In this document: piece after piece, positions 43,533 through 58,663 of the stretch
How positions within the stretch are numbered: the stretch's first letter is position 1
Layout: each line of letters starts with the position of its first letter
Assembly (NCBI GenBank): GCA_964016885.1
Contig: OZ024743.1
Span: 80,848,001-80,912,000 of the forward strand
Direction: 5' to 3'
Source of the DNA: Eledone cirrhosa
Taxonomy: Eukaryota
DNA: 64,000 bases
The notes under the pieces: model-generated
What the model saw: the letters and a program-made list of their open reading frames with translations, nothing else
Told to the model about the DNA's origin: nothing
Database searches by the model: none
Program-made: the position numbers and the translations under genes

Positions 43533-43799
43533 ACACACTTATTTAGATTGGTATCAAGATGTACCGAGATCAAATCACCTGAGTCAGATTCCACACTAGT
43601 ACTTGGCAGATATGTTATTTCTCTACACAGAAACGATGAAAACCACGATTGATTTGTCGGAGGATTTGAACTCAAAAAGGAGAAAATAGAAAACATTGAG
43701 ACAAACCATTATATCCTGCCGATGTCTGAACGACTCTGCAATTTCCTGATATTTGTTGTACACTTATCTTCTATCAATAAATAGAAATACATACACACA

Positions 43800-43841
<42 letters not shown>

Positions 43842-43916
43842 GTATATATATATTTATATATATACGTATATTTATAAATACATATCTACATCATACGTAT
43901 GTATATATGTATACAT

Positions 43917-43967
<51 letters not shown>

Positions 43968-44050
43968 CAGACATATATGTATACATAGATATACATCACA
44001 CGTATGTATGTACGTTCGTATGCACACACACAAACACACACCGAGATATA

Positions 44051-44145
<95 letters not shown>

Positions 44146-44474
44146 ATACATATGTATATAAGTATGTATATACATAATTATTGAAAAGCAAGGGATAAGG
44201 ATATTGATTTAATTCAAGGACCCGATTATTTTTGTTACTTACTCCTTACAAACTCCTTAGCTGGATTTATTGCTTTCCCGCTTTACATTTTCTAGAGTTT
44301 AAAATGGCGAATCATCCGCTATTGATACCTTTTAGCGATATTTCTTGAAAAACTGAATGCTGGATATTATTTGAGAAAATGCCAGAACTTATAAAGGATT
44401 TATCAAAAGGTTAAGTGAGCACTGAACATGAACGAGACCGAGGTAAGTGGATAGCTTATATATAAATAAATATA

Positions 44475-44604
<130 letters not shown>

Positions 44605-44605
44605 C

Positions 44606-44636
<31 letters not shown>

Positions 44637-44799
44637 ATATATATATATATATATGTGTGTGTGTATGTGTATGTGTGTGTGTGCGTGTGTGTATAGAGAG
44701 AGAGAGAGGGAAAGAGAGAAAGAGAGAGAGAGAGGGAGGGAGAGAGAGAGAGATACAATACATATACATGCAAATATCCATATGTACATACACATACAC

Positions 44800-44856
<57 letters not shown>

Positions 44857-45260
44857 TGTATTTATCATTCTTTTTGGTGTGATGTGTGTTTGTGGGATGG
44901 GTGGCTGATGGCGCCCTTAATCAACATTACTTGACCAGTGGTCAATTTTCCGAACTTGAAACTTATAAAATGTTATGTAATATATCTTTTAGCGAAATAA
45001 ACGGTCATTTGACACAATCTTCTAACTCTGTCATACGCTTGACCACTCTGGTTCAAAAGACATATTGGTCACTCATTGGTCATTTTCCTGGACTGGTCGT
45101 AACAGATTTCAACAACATTCGGAACGTCAGTTATATATATCGCCATATTCTGCCACCATCAAATATTTCTCAGATCCCTCACCTCTTCTGGATGTTAACT
45201 CCTTCGTACTTCATATTGCTCATAACCTTCCTCCATTTTCGGTATTCGTCTCTATGCATG

Positions 45261-45361
<101 letters not shown>

Positions 45362-45377
45362 TGTATATATATATATA

Positions 45378-45556
45378 TAAGATCAAAAGATGGTTAAATG
45401 AGTTCCATGTATTTTATTATGCGCATAATAAAATACATGGAACTCATTTAACCATCTTTTGATCTTATATATTATGTATACTCCAGTCCTACAAACTGTA
45501 GAGTGCTTCTTATCCGATATCTGCATTGCTTTATTGTACTACAATAAAACTCAGCT

Positions 45557-45560
<4 letters not shown>
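45378..45560. mobile_element. Fold-back mini-element in (TA)n
   Basis: Perfect palindrome at 45378-45467 centred on tgcgca; homologous to 997-1135. Confidence 0.85.
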
Positions 45561-45628
<68 letters not shown>

Positions 45629-45674
45629 CACATGCTCTGACACGCACACACTAACATAGACGCACATATACATA

Positions 45675-46223
45675 TGGTGGCTGCCAACTCGTTTTCGAGT
45701 ACGGCCACCACTTTATATCCATGTAGGAGAACCCCTTCCGATGCGCTGAACAAGTGTGACTTTTTAGTCCAGCCAGTGACTTAAAAACTCTGGTACAAAC
45801 ACTACACTTGTGACAATTATTGACACATAGTGCTGGGCCCATGGTACCATGTGACGACAAGTGCAGAGAGATCTCCAGATATAAAGCAATGCCTGTGCCG
45901 TGAAGCTTTTATAGTGAGTAAAGGCACTGCACAAAGCCAGTCCCACTCTCTTAACCAAGATGATATTTACCAAAAAGAAGAACAAGTCAACATCATTGGA
46001 TACCATCAGGGTTGCAGGTGTTATATCAGAGTTTTCCTTCTCCTAGAATTCTGCCTTGACTAAGGCTAAGGGGTCATCTCTCCCGGTGATTATGAATGGC
46101 CATTGACTTTAAGAGCTCCTCTGCCCTTTGTCAGGTCTTGTTTTTAGTCCTGCAGGATGTCCAAAGTCCCCCTCCTCACCAAGAAACCTTGGTGGGGTCG
46201 CCAGTTTAGTCGCCAACGACCCG
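45675..46223 (-). mobile_element. Second copy of the 42551-43158 element
   Basis: Reverse-complement match over ~550 bp. Confidence 0.8.
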
Positions 46224-46260
46224 AACATATACATATATGAATATACACCCCCCCACCCCA

Positions 46261-46299
<39 letters not shown>

Positions 46300-46580
46300 A
46301 ATTACTCCGGGTTGAATCGGAGGTAACCACAGTAAGTAAGGTACTCAATACATAGCAGAGTATAAAAGTTTTAATATAGAAGAGCTTCTACAGGACTAGA
46401 ACTGTTTCATATATATATATATGTATATATATAAATACATATATATATATAATATATATATTATATATAATATATATATTATATATATATATTATATATA
46501 TATTATATATATATAAATACATATATATATATAATATATATAATATATATAATATATTTTGATATATATATATATATATG

Positions 46581-46706
<126 letters not shown>

Positions 46707-46710
46707 TAGA

Positions 46711-46917
46711 TAACGAAGGAAATGTGGTAAGGAACCAGGTGGACCATAACGCACCAAAGTACTCAATACTTAGGGTAGTAGAGTGGGTAATAGGAACGAG
46801 TAGGACCCGACGGCTGAGCTCAAGCCGTTTCGACGGCTAATTCTGGACTCTACTACCCTAAGTATTGAGTACTTTGGTGCGTTATGGTCCACCTGGTTCC
46901 TTACCACATTTCCTTCG

Positions 46918-46920
<3 letters not shown>
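46711..46920. mobile_element. Fold-back mini-element, family A, with long terminal inverted repeats
   Basis: 46711-46783 is inverted at 46848-46920. Confidence 0.8.
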
Positions 46921-46991
<71 letters not shown>

Positions 46992-47037
46992 CAAAATAAA
47001 GATCCGAAGGCATGGTATAAATTTCTAATCATTTTAA

Positions 47038-47111
47038 TCACGACACATGTTTCAATAAGAGATAGATCGATCGTGTAGCCATGATCGATTATCCCTGATC
47101 TCGTCAGGTGA
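47038..47111 (-). ncRNA. Type I HHR in the sense pseudo-LTR (inverted copy at 51020-51093, plus)
   Basis: tcac CTGACGA gatc...ttatt GAAA catgtg TC gtga; GUC triplet. Confidence 0.75.
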
Positions 47112-48490
47112 AAATGAATTGTCTTCAAATCCTTGATATGAGGGAGAAAATTAACGGTGTTCACTCACAGTGTTTAGTCCCTCATATGAAGATAAGCAGT
47201 CAAAACACTGCGACTGCTATCGTCCTCAGTTAGGGTCATAAAACTATCAAGTCTCTATCTCCCAATAGCTGTAAAAGACGCTGGACATCAATCAAATCTG
47301 TAGAATTACAGTCGGTCACAGTTAATGTGAGTGGGTACTCACATACTCACACACACACGACGCGAGGCCAAAGAAAAAAATATATATACATATACCAACA
47401 TAGCATTAAATCTGTAGAACTATAGCCGGTCACAGTTAGTGTGAGTGAGTACACACACACTCACACACACCGACACGAGGTCAAAGAAAAAAATATAAAT
47501 ATACCAACATAGTATTCACCGAAAGTTAGTTTACAAAACAACAAATGTTATATTGCTCAAATCACAATTTGACGATGTAAATTGGAAAAATTGGGCCAAC
47601 TGCAACCCTATACACACGCAAGTAAGTTTAGTTCAATGTTCTGCTATACGTGCATAGATTGAATTTTAACATCCGTATCTCCAAATAGTGTATGTTTAGG
47701 TATATACACATCCATGTGAAGAGCAAGTAGTCAGCTCATATCGAACTCAGTATGTGCCGTTGTCCCATTGAGAATCTGAGTCCCCAAATCTGTGCATGCA
47801 AGCAACCGCTATGTAAACCACCAAGAGGCTCTGTGTAGGGTTGGGTATTTGGGTTAATGTGTCAGTATGTGCGATTTCCCGTCATATGGGCCCTTGGGCT
47901 TTTAAGATAGGTGTTAGAGTGGTGGAGGTGTGTTATCCAACACAAAAGGCAAAATAAAATAACAAAGAATAGCAAAACCCAAAGAATGTGTGTATGCCCA
48001 TTAATGGTGTGTAAGTATTATTGTCCAATCTGTAACCGTGAGCACTCCATGGTTAGATGATCACGGATCAAAACCTAGTGTAGTGTTCAATAGATAGGAA
48101 CGTGACCAGTAAAAACTGTGGGAACTCAGTGTCTAAAGAAACCGGGTACTGTGTGTAGAGTTATGTATAGAGAGCGTAATTAGTCTTAACTGAGTGTGTA
48201 ATGCGTCTAGCTATATCCTAACCGAGCGAACTCAATGCTTAGGGTATCCTAAAGTAATGGTGAATGCGCGTAATCGGTCTTATCTGAGTGTGTAATCATT
48301 CTAACTATTTACTAACTAGGTATTCTAATGTGCACTCAGCTATGAGAACTCTGTGGAAACAGGCTGAGTACCGTTTGTAAGTGCGTAAACGATCTTAGCT
48401 GTCTAACTACCTGAGTGTGTGATTGTCTGTTTTTTTTGCTAATTGAGAGAACTCTATGGCTAAGGTAGAGAGGGAGGAGTTAGTGGTAGG

Positions 48491-50950
48491 TTACTTTCCA
48501 AAAATCCTGCGGAAGGTTTTAGAGGTTCTATGTTGGCAGTTGCTGAAAAGATCCGCACTCCTATTGATTAATAGGGGGCCGCCTCTAATAATATTAAAGG
48601 TTTCAGCTATACATAAATTACAGACGCCAGTGCTGCCGTTATATGGCTGGGCTCAGCAAATTATGGACCAGGATAAGGAGTGCTCTATATTCTGTTGTTT
48701 AAGCTTCCAGACTAATTCAGAAAGCGCCGTGCTATTTTTTTAATCTAATCTATTAAAAGTATGGCGGTGATTATACCATCCATCCTTAAATTCAGTAGCA
48801 GTTGCCCCAACATACCTGAAGGTTCTATCTAAAGTGGAGACCTTACAGTCGTAGACTATGTTTTTAGTGAGGCATTTCCCAGTCATGGGGAAAGTGGCGG
48901 TGTTCCTGCAATTACATTTTCTGTTATCGACCTGGGTAGTTCGAAAGGAACCACGGTACCTCTGGGGTCGGGTCTCAGTTCTTGTCTGCTCTATGGGTAA
49001 GTTCCCAGGAGTTGGGGTGACCCGACTCGCCTCACGTGCATGAGTCCGTTCATCCATAGAGCTGCCATTAGTTCTGCCATGTCTCATCCCCCCTTGGGCT
49101 GTCCTAAGTCTACTATAATTCATCTTAGCTATATTTTGAGCTATGTTACTGGTTGTGGAGTAGGACAGCTTAATGGTATTCCTATTGAATATTTTATAGT
49201 ATCTATGTGATCTAGGGAAGCATTTGTCTAAGGCCCTAAAGAAAAGCTTAGCTATACTAGTGGTCAGGCCAGTGGAGTAAGGGGGGTTATACCACAGGAT
49301 TTTTCTCGTCCGATGCCTCTTGTTCTTGCTATCTATACTGGAGTTACCTGTCTCCCTAGCAGCTACTGGTCTATTATAACTGAAAACTGCCTGTGGGTCG
49401 ATGGTGTCCTGGGGTGTCCCAATTGTGTTCGGAATCGTACTATGTCTCCGGGGCGGTGTACCCCCTATGCAGCCATTAGGATTACCCTCGATAGCCGGGG
49501 TTATATCCACTATGCGCCTGCTACATTTATCCCTATTCCCTCTACTCGACCCTCGTTCCATTTTACGTTCAACGGTTGTTTTATCAGTTCTACAATTAAG
49601 GTTACAATTAGAGTTTCCGCTCGCATACGGTGCTCAGACCCCGTGTTTGTACCTGGGTGATTGTTTCCATTGGTACCATCGACATTGGGACTAGGAGGCA
49701 ATACAACATGAAGTCTATATTGATCCTCCCTCGCATCCCGCCTGCTGTTAACTAAAGTGTCACTATTTTGGGCTAAGCTATCGCAGGAAATGTTGCTACT
49801 ACTATTTAATGGACGTTTGAATGAGATTCCCTCGCTATGCCCCGCGCGTTCCAGGGCGCTATTATAGTAATTCGAGATCCTATCAAAGGTATCTTCATTG
49901 GAAGATAGTCCGGAAATTCTACTAGAGACGCTTTGGTAATACCGTAAGTGACAATTCTAGGGTGGTTCGATTTTGCGTTGACATAATTTAAATTTTTGTT
50001 GGGTTTGTAGTAGGGTTGGAAGAGTCCTGAATTGAGGTTAAGTGTAACCTCTAGAAAATTAACTATCTTCAGGTTTTCTTCAAACACTATACTTATGTCT
50101 ATGTTGTTCAAGAATTTGCTTAGTTTTTTCCTCACCCTCTCTACCAGACTATTATTATGGAACTACACAGTAAACAAAACGTCTTCACGGTAAGCGCCAC
50201 CTCCCAAGTGGGGCATTTCCACTCCGAGACAGTCGAGGAAGTAAAGGCCCACCAGATCCGTCACCTGGGCCTAGTCCGTGGATCCCATGGTGATGTTGAA
50301 ATTGTCCGGACAATCTTTTCTGGTCCACAAGTCACCGTTGAACTGAATTAAGGTTTTCCTAGCTAGGAGAATAATGTTAATTTCTTCAGATGTAAGGTCG
50401 GTGTGTAAGCTAGCAAAGTTTAGGGCCTTACCTAGAAGAGTTGGAGAGATCGAAGAGTAGTAGTTAGAGATATCGAACTGTATAAACTTAGTGCTATTCT
50501 TATTCTGCGATTTCTCAACCCAGTTAATTACCTCACTAGTTCCTGACCATAATTTAAGCTTCGATCTCCTAACTAGAGTGGGGATTATTTTATCAAGGAT
50601 GTTTTTACTCATGATTCCTATGTCCGACTTCGAAGGGGCTATCAGCCTGACAGGTCTTGATGATTCAAAGTTTAATTTGTGGTCATTCAATAAAATCCTA
50701 GGAATTCTAGGATCGAAGGGTTCAGTTTTATCTTCAATACCCAGTTGTTATGACGTTATTGGCCTCCGTGTTGATTAAATCCAGGTTGGCCCGTGTAGTT
50801 TTTTTGTAGCTTTTTCTAAGTTCTCTGATTATCAAGTCGTCATAGGTTACTCTATCCATATCGTACAGGTTGTTAGTTTTATCTGCGTGCACCAGAATGC
50901 CGGTCAATTTCCATAGTTTTCCTTGATCACCGTTCAGTCTTCTTAAGTAG
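48491..50950 (-). pseudogene. PLE RT + GIY-YIG polyprotein, frameshifted
   Basis: DHKLNF..RLIAPSKSDIG, FIQFDISNYYSSI, ITMGSTD, VNFLEVTLNL, WYNPPYS, KIFNRNTIKLSYS, CNCR, NIVY..YVG..FK..YNH, TALSELVWKLK, CNLC. Confidence 0.9.
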
Positions 50951-51289
50951 CTTTTTCCCCTGAAGGGGGAACACCGTTAATTTTCTCCCTCATATCAAGG
51001 ATTTGAAGACAATTTATTTTCACCTGACGAGATCAGTGATAATCGATCATGGCTACACGATCGATCTATCTCTTATTGAAACATGTGTCGTGATTAAAAT
51101 GATTGGAAATTTATACCATGTCTTCGGATCTTTATTTTGATACAAATAATCCGTTTTACACCCTCTAGCTGTTCCCATAAATGGAATTGGAGATATACAA
51201 AAGCGTGGAGAACTTAATATTGCTAACAAACATTTATTGGACCGTTTGACACAACCAATAATAGACCTTACTATATATATATATATATA

Positions 51290-52145
51290 TATTAATGTTC
51301 AGAACCATCCTCAGCATTCTCGTGTAGCACCCTTCCACCATCTGAGTGAGTTTCTTGTTCAGTGTCCAAGTCTCAGACCCGTACAGCAGCACAGGCTCCA
51401 CTACAGCAGTGAAGAGGTGGATTTTCAGGTCTTTACGAAGGTCCGACTTCCACACCGATCTCAAGCTGTGGCACGCCGCCCAGGTTTTGCTCTTCCTCTC
51501 TACCACATCATCTTCCGTAATCCCAATATTTGCCCTCAAATACAAGAAGTCCTCAACCAATTCTAGCGGCTTCCCGCCTACATTAGTGATCCCATCTGGT
51601 TTCTCAATATTTTCTACCAGATATTTTGTTTTAGTCTCATTCATTCTCAGCCCCACACTCATCGACACCGTCTCAACCTCCTGCATCAAATCCTCTCCCT
51701 CCTTTACTGTATTTGTCACCAAAACTATGTCGTCGGCAAATTCAGCATCCGATATCTTTTTCGTCTTAACTCTCCTGCTCTGAGCCGGTGTTACAGTAAA
51801 GCCAGAGTCCTGGTGTTTCTCCACTACGATAATAAAAAGTATACACTGAGGATGAAAAACTGAGAGCTGTATAGGAGCCTCCCAAAAGTCAGCTCAAAAG
51901 TGACACAGATGAGATTGAGGTTAGCTGGACATGCTCACCCACATCCAGAGTTTACATTGCACTCAGTGCTCTTGTGGGAGCCCCTACATGGACACACTGG
52001 AAGAGGAAGACCAAGGTTAACGTATGTTGATCCCCTAAGGACAGACACTGGTCTGCTGGAGACGCAGGACATGGCAGCGAGAATGAGGGACAGAGACCGC
52101 TGGAGAGAACTCGTCCATGGATCTCGCGAATTTTACCCGCCCTAG
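51290..52145. pseudogene. RTE-like LINE 3' fragment with 5' inversion
   Basis: Minus 51290-51835 reads FADDI...LLYGSETW...CYTRMLRMVLNI. Plus 51845-52145 continues ELYRSLPKVS...RLAGHAH...LLWEP..GRGRPRLTYVD. Confidence 0.9.
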
Positions 52146-52831
52146 AAAAAAAAAATATATATATATATGTGTGTGTGTGCAGTGTGTATGTACGTATGTA
52201 CGTATATATGAAGAAACTAACATTATCAAATTAATTCCATTCTTTAATATCTACGATCGTTTCAATACAGGTAATGTGGTAACATGCATATATAAACAAG
52301 TTAATCAGAAACAATCAATTAACAATTATACAACATACAATACATATATTCCGCCATTTCACCAGGAATTATCAAACGGTATTTAATATATATATATAAA
52401 TATTCCGCCATATCACCAGGAATCTGAAAAATTTATAATCGCGACTGGGGCAATTATTCGAGACCTGAGAATACGCAAATTCATCATTGGAATATAGAAA
52501 TCAACGCAGGGTTTTGACTATGTTAGTCTAACTAGCTGGACATGTGAATCACTTGAAACAACATCTTCTGTAGAACAATGATACCAATTACATCAAAGAA
52601 GACTGACAACTTTTTCCTTCTTTTTAACTGTAATCTCTCGTATTTTGATACACATAGAGTGGATTAGGCTACACGACAGGTGTGAATTCCACTCCGACAG
52701 GTGAGGCTGTCCACTTTCTATCGTCTCAATGGGGTTTATACCTCAACTTGTTAAATTAGTTTACAAGATAGAATATAAATTCTGTGTTGAAAGCTAACAC
52801 ACATCAAAAAATTATAATCCGCTCAACGGTT

Positions 52832-52893
<62 letters not shown>

Positions 52894-54279
52894 TTAAAAG
52901 AATAGAGGTGTAACACACAAGTTATGATATATTGGTAAACGGAAAAGAAAATGCTGACAAATTGTTCACAGTGAAAAATAGTTTAATTAGGAATAAGTGA
53001 GAATTAGTAATAGTATTGGTTAGTATTCCGTTTTGGTTTTAAATTTTACCGGTTGCGCATTTCTAATGCTTTTCAAAAATAATTTTGAGATAGAGCGTCC
53101 GTGATGTTTGCTCTGATCTGATTAGTTTTGGGAATTCTATCTGTTTTTATGTTAAAAAAGTGGCTCCAGCGGTATTAAAATAAGTTTTGCGCCAATTCGT
53201 GTTGCAAAAATTCTTGTGGTCAAAACAACTTTGATTGGTCGGTAGAGGTCATATGAGTGTTAAAAATTGATTTTGCGCCAAATGTAGGTTTGTATCGGCT
53301 GATTGAGAAGTCACTGAGAAATAAGTCTTTCAAAACAAATGTGTGTGTGTGTGTGTAGTAGTAGTAAAGAGGTTCGTTGTTGTGATAATGGTCATCAGGG
53401 ATGTGTGTGCGAACCGCAGCCTGTTGACAGTTCAAATGCCTATTAAGACAAGTGTGTGTGTGTGTGTAGCAGAGTAATTCGTGGTAGAGGGATGGTCAGT
53501 AGGAATGTCTGTAAGTGTGTGGGGGATATTTTAACATGTTAAAAGATATTTTTCAGCTCTTGTGTTATACGGAGAAGTGTGTGTGTGTGTGTATGTGTGT
53601 ATATGTCTCTTTGTATGTTAATGTACGCGTGTGTATGTGTGGGTGGACCAGTATTTATTTCTGGTAAAATGGTGTACATTATTCGATATTTTCAGTAAAA
53701 TCGATTCTCTCAATAGAACATCAAAAACCTTAATAATAAAAGGTGTGAAATGATATATAATATTGGCATAATACCAAGGTGTGTGTGAGTGTGTCCAGAT
53801 TGTACGTACTGCAAGCGGAATCCATTAGGCCTTGCCGTATTGGAATACCTGTGCACAAATATGTATCTGGAGTGTGTCCAGAAATTGTATACCTGTGCAC
53901 AAATATGTATCTGGAGTGTGTCCAGATTGTACGTACTGCAAGGGGAATTCATTAGGCCTTGCCGTATTGGAATACTTGTGTACAAATATGTATGTGCCCA
54001 TCAGTGTGCAATGCATGTGTGCGTTTATGTATGTGTGTCGGCACGTTTATATCTATAGACATCAAAAGGTATGCAAATTTGTGTATATTTGTGTTGCACC
54101 ATAGAACATGTGTGTTTACGTATGTCATTGTGTTTATATGTGGGTAGAGATGTATGCTGATGTAGGTATGTGTGTTGACGTGTGTATGTTGTGAGTTCGT
54201 CTTAGGGAGAAGTGTTTAGACGGGGTCCGTATTTGTTAATAAAGTAAGATTCCTTGCTGATGCGCTGGGTGTGGGTGGC

Positions 54280-54346
<67 letters not shown>

Positions 54347-54353
54347 GTGTGTC

Positions 54354-54610
54354 TAGTATATTTGGCAATATACCGTGTGTTTAATTAAAAACATTTTGAA
54401 GACCATACGCTATCGGTTTTAAAGTAGTGACTATGTCACTTGCTGCTTTTCGGCGAAAGAAGGGAGATAAGTTAACAGTCTGTTTCACGCTGTTTGGGGA
54501 TCATCAGAGCCATGCACTATTTTTAATTAAACATACGGTATATTGCCAAATATACTATACATACATTCATGTATAGATCGCTATTTCAGAGCACCAATCC
54601 TAATACCTAT
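54354..54610. mobile_element. Mini-element with ~37 bp inverted repeats and a degenerate minus-strand HHR
   Basis: 54354-54391 is inverted at 54520-54558; tttcacgctgtttggggatcatcag at 54483-54507. Confidence 0.6.
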
Positions 54611-54614
54611 ATAT

Positions 54615-55275
<661 letters not shown>

Positions 55276-55442
55276 TAATAATAATACATTTGAAGAATCG
55301 TTGCTTTCACCCTTAACAGAAGATCCCGTTAACAGTGAAAACAGCGATTCTTTGCTTAAACTTTAATCTGTTATTTTAATAAATACACCCACACACAAAC
55401 ACAAAGGCACACACACACACAAACACACAGAAACACATACAC

Positions 55443-56510
<1,068 letters not shown>

Positions 56511-57267
56511 TCTTGTTTATGTTTCCTAAAATTAAATTTTGAGTATTGAATATTTGACTTTGTATCACAAATCAGATTTTATTTGCCTGTATATGTGTAT
56601 ATATGCATGAACCTCGTAATGGATATATGTACATATGCTAGAAGCCGGTTGAGTTCTTAGTTTCGGCGTAAATTCTTTTGTTTGAATTCAACAACCAAAA
56701 TAACGTGTTATGGTCTGCGAGAAATTCTTCCCCTTTTCTTTAGAGGTGGAGTTGGGGACCGCCGTGAACTGCTAAATAGCTTATCTAGTAGTGAAGGCTA
56801 GCTCACATAGCACGGGACTATCGTATAATAGGGCAACTGCTGAAGAGGTGTAATAGCCCGATTATGTAAATATCCGCTTACTTTGCGTGATTTTCTGAAC
56901 ATTGCAGAAGTAAAATCTGCATTTGTAAAGTTATATTACAAGAAACGATCGTATAGGAGGAAGATATTTACATCTATCTCTAACTAAAGATAGCCAACAG
57001 TCTACAGTAAACTAAATGTGTGCACCCTGAACAGTTGATTGCAGCTGCATAACTGCAATTCGCAAGATTCATTGAGGGGCGGAGGGGGGGGGGGGGCGTA
57101 ACACGTAATACAGTGGTAAAAGAAGGACCGAAATAACGCAGGTAAACTTTGTTCTACCATTAAATTTTTCTGTTTTTTCAGTTCAAGTTCTAGCTACCTG
57201 CACACACACACGCCCCCCCCTCACACACAGACATACACATTATACATACATACATTTATATATATAT

Positions 57268-57873
57268 GATTACGCTGTACTACCTTCTTGTATTTGTATC
57301 TCCTAGACATAATGGTTAATTGATTAATTTAATTAGACAATTCTATTGATTGGTTAATTGTTTATGTTTGTTTAATAACATCTAGTTGAGAGCTTTATTC
57401 GGTTTGTGTAAAGGATTTAAATTATTTGTTGACATTTTGAATTTGACCGCCTTCGGAGAACCACGTGACTACTAGCAGTGTTTACTACTAGTTCTTGCAA
57501 CCGGCGGAGGCAGAACGAAAACTTGTTGACGAAGTAACTTACACTGTTCTATCTTCCAAACCCCAATTAACTTGCAAATGGATTTTGTTGATTTCGGAAG
57601 TTCAGAAACCTAGGGGAGATGTTATATAATTTTATGTAATATGTCCATGATGGTCCAGGTAATAGTCAAACTTTTTCCTGAGTCGGTTTTTTCGTTGTTC
57701 TGGTCCTAGCGTCTCGCATTTCAGTCGCTGTCTTCAATTTGCATAGCTGTCTAAACGTAATGTTATAACTCTAAGGTAAACTTCCTTATTGAGTGCTTTT
57801 GGTTGCACTTCCCGACAATCGTTAGCTTGCCCGCAACCAGAGCTTCGATTACGCTGTAACTACCTTCTTGTAT
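57268..57873. mobile_element. Non-coding element with ~26 bp terminal direct repeat (period ~579), in (TA)n
   Basis: gattacgctgta(a)ctaccttcttgtat at 57268 and 57847; no intact HHR seen. Confidence 0.55.
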
Positions 57874-58054
57874 ATATATATATATAAAGAATTAGTATAT
57901 CTACCAACATATGTATACAGATGCATACCTATGCTAGCAAATATATAGGTTTAGTCTTAGTAACTTTGTAGTTCAATGCAAGGGGATGCAGAACAATTAT
58001 ATGAAAGACGTAAAATAAGAGAATTATGGAAATTGACTTACTTACTAAAATTTC

Positions 58055-58135
58055 ACTCCAACTAATTAGTTTCTGTAAGGGAATAAATATGGTTACGTAA
58101 CGTAATCATAGAGAAACCTTACGTCATCAGGGAGT
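58055..58135 (-). ncRNA. Type I HHR, copy 1
   Basis: actcc CTGATGA cgtaagg...ccttaca GAAA ctaattag TT ggagt. Confidence 0.8.
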
Positions 58136-58582
58136 CTATTCTCAGCTAAGTTCCTAGGCAATGCGTGGACACAAGGAACTCATATAAAAATAATTCAATG
58201 GATGGAAAAAAGCGAGCGGGGACTAAATTCCAGGACATTGAAAAAATTCACTGCCTACTTGGTCAGTGGCAAATTCGAAAGAATCAATCACGTGACACTG
58301 AGGTTAATCAGTGAGGAGTGGGGTGTCATTAAGACAGGGGCCTGACCACTACCATGAACCATAGTAGTAATTTCGGCAAATTTTTACTCAACAAATAATT
58401 TGGAGATAATTATAAAGAATTAGTATATCTACAAACATATGTATACAGATGCATACCTATGCTAGCAAATATATAGGTTTAGTCTTAGTAACTTTGTAGT
58501 TCAATGCAAGGGGATGCAGAACAATTATATGAAAGACGTAAAATAAGAGAATTATGAAAATTGACTTACTTACTAAAATTTC

Positions 58583-58663
58583 ACTCCAACTAATTAGTTT
58601 CTGTAAGGGAATAAATATGGTTACGTAACGTAATCATAGAGAAACCTTACGTCATCAGGGAGT
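58583..58663 (-). ncRNA. Type I HHR, copy 2
   Basis: Identical to 58055-58135, 528 bp away. Confidence 0.8.

Larger units (their letters stand above)
46990..51271 (-). mobile_element. 5'-truncated Penelope-like retroelement with inverted pseudo-LTRs, in (TA)n
   Basis: Inverted repeats 46990-47163 / 50969-51143, each with an HHR; RT and GIY-YIG inside; (TA)n on both flanks. Confidence 0.9.

Noticed and set aside
48640-48670. In-frame TGA in the PLE endonuclease as possible selenocysteine (reported for some Naiad PLEs)
   Set aside because: It falls at a position not expected to be Cys (IIC*AQPY), is most simply CGA>TGA decay in an already frameshifted copy, and no SECIS was identified.
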